The translations under genes were made by a program, and so were the position numbers. The notes below the pieces were generated by a model. The model worked only from the letters and a program-made list of their open reading frames with translations, was not told the DNA's origin and did not search any database. DNA of 64,000 bases from Raillietiella orientalis (taxonomy: Eukaryota), in the NCBI GenBank assembly GCA_036172245.1, contig JAYWIR010000026.1, positions 1,798,001-1,862,000 of the forward strand, given 5' to 3'. Positions within the stretch are counted from its first letter, which is position 1, and every line of letters starts with the position of its first letter. Below are positions 62,869 through 64,000 of this stretch, in pieces.

Positions 62869-64000
62869 GCAGATTCTCACGTGGCATAAGGGGCAACCCG
62901 ACACGGTCACGCTCTGCGCCGAAAATCCGACTTGTAAGGCAAACAGAACAGGCGTGCACACGGAGCTTGGAAGATTTGGCTAAAAGCTCCGGCGTGAGCG
63001 CTTGCCCCACGCACGAAGCAGGCAGCATTTGCGTGGTCGTATTCAGGGGGGAAGCAGTGGAGGTGACTGAAATCTCCTTCGTCACGAATGTACATCAAGC
63101 AGAGATCCCATATCCCCGGAGCGAGCCTGCGTTCCCTCCTCTTTTCCCACAGAAAGCACACAGCGTGCACGTCCCTGTCAGAAGCCGATCCGCGAGTAAG
63201 CGCTGCAGTAACTTTGGCAACCACGAATGGGACGTCTTCGTACAGGAAGGATGCATGAGCACCGTGTACAGCTTCCGACGCTCGAGGAAAAGGAAATCCC
63301 GTCGGGGGTAGAAATTCGGCGGGCCGCGCACGCACAGCGCAAGAGTTCGTTTCTTACGAACGAAGAAGACTGCCTGTGGTGCCAAAGTCGTTTGTAAATT
63401 GGCCTTGGTAATCTTAGGTAGAAAACTTCGATAACCAACACGGTCAAAGACCCCAAACAAAAGAACCAGCCCTAATGTCCAGCCGTGCCTACGTAACTTT
63501 GCCGAGGGAATTACTATAAAATGGGAAAATGGAATTTTATTTTAAAATGAAAAAGAAAAGAATGGAAAGCAGAGGCAGAAGCAGACATTGAAATCTGAGG
63601 GGGGGGGGGAGCTAATGAGATTTATCCCCGATGTTTAAACACGCTCACAATGTACAATTTACAAAACCCTGAGAGAGAAACGGAGAACCCTTTTTTTTTT
63701 TTTTTTTTTCTCTCCCCCTCCTACGTGTCCGGGCACGTCCGCAGAAAAAAAGTTCATCTCTGTCTGCGCCCGCGAGACGAGCGAACCTGCACAGACGGAA
63801 ACTGCTGCAGCATCATCATTCTCGCACAGCAGGAGTCTGCTCAGAGGGAAAGAAAAAAAAAAAAACATGCGACAAACTGGCAGTTCAGAAACACGCCGGG
63901 CCCTTTTTTCAAGGGGGAGGTCGGAACCCGAAAACCAAAATACCCGGTCCATGCCCATCCGACAGTAAACTGCCACCGGCCCGGTAAACCGACTGCAACC

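Noticed and set aside
1..64000. CRISPR array, rRNA, tRNA or prokaryotic operon/defence system
   Set aside because: No regularly spaced identical repeats with unique spacers and no recognisable rRNA or tRNA. The genes are intron-containing metazoan genes.

Overview
Eukaryotic (metazoan, probably arthropod; inferred from insect-like motifs in the genes) genomic DNA with spliceosomal GT-AG introns. I reconstructed three host genes by hand: CISD2 (minus strand, 4 exons, 15490-16282, 134 aa); a large neurabin/spinophilin gene (PPP1R9-like, minus strand, about 17 exons from ATG 42018 to at least 26217, with PP1-binding RVxF motif, PDZ domain and coiled coil; C-terminus unresolved); and a short CCDC103-like dynein-attachment gene (plus strand, 54907-58121, 85 aa). 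The very GC-rich blocks (about 250-14900 and 19400-23600) are largely decayed Tx1/L1-type LINE remnants, all on the minus strand where recognisable. One is a 344-bp nested insertion with a 5-bp target-site duplication, and two copies share a conserved, structured 3' end. The right third holds a decayed R2-like (RLE) retroelement and a decayed Gypsy element with two hairpin-rich LTRs. AT-rich, visibly CpG-poor islands coincide with CISD2 and the 5' and central neurabin gene body. I found no CRISPR, rRNA or tRNA, and no convincing novel multi-gene system. The most interesting items are retroelement RNA structures, long perfect hairpins, a Hox/Cdx-motif cluster and the compositional mosaic. All homology calls rest on motifs I recalled and recognised by eye, not on database searches.
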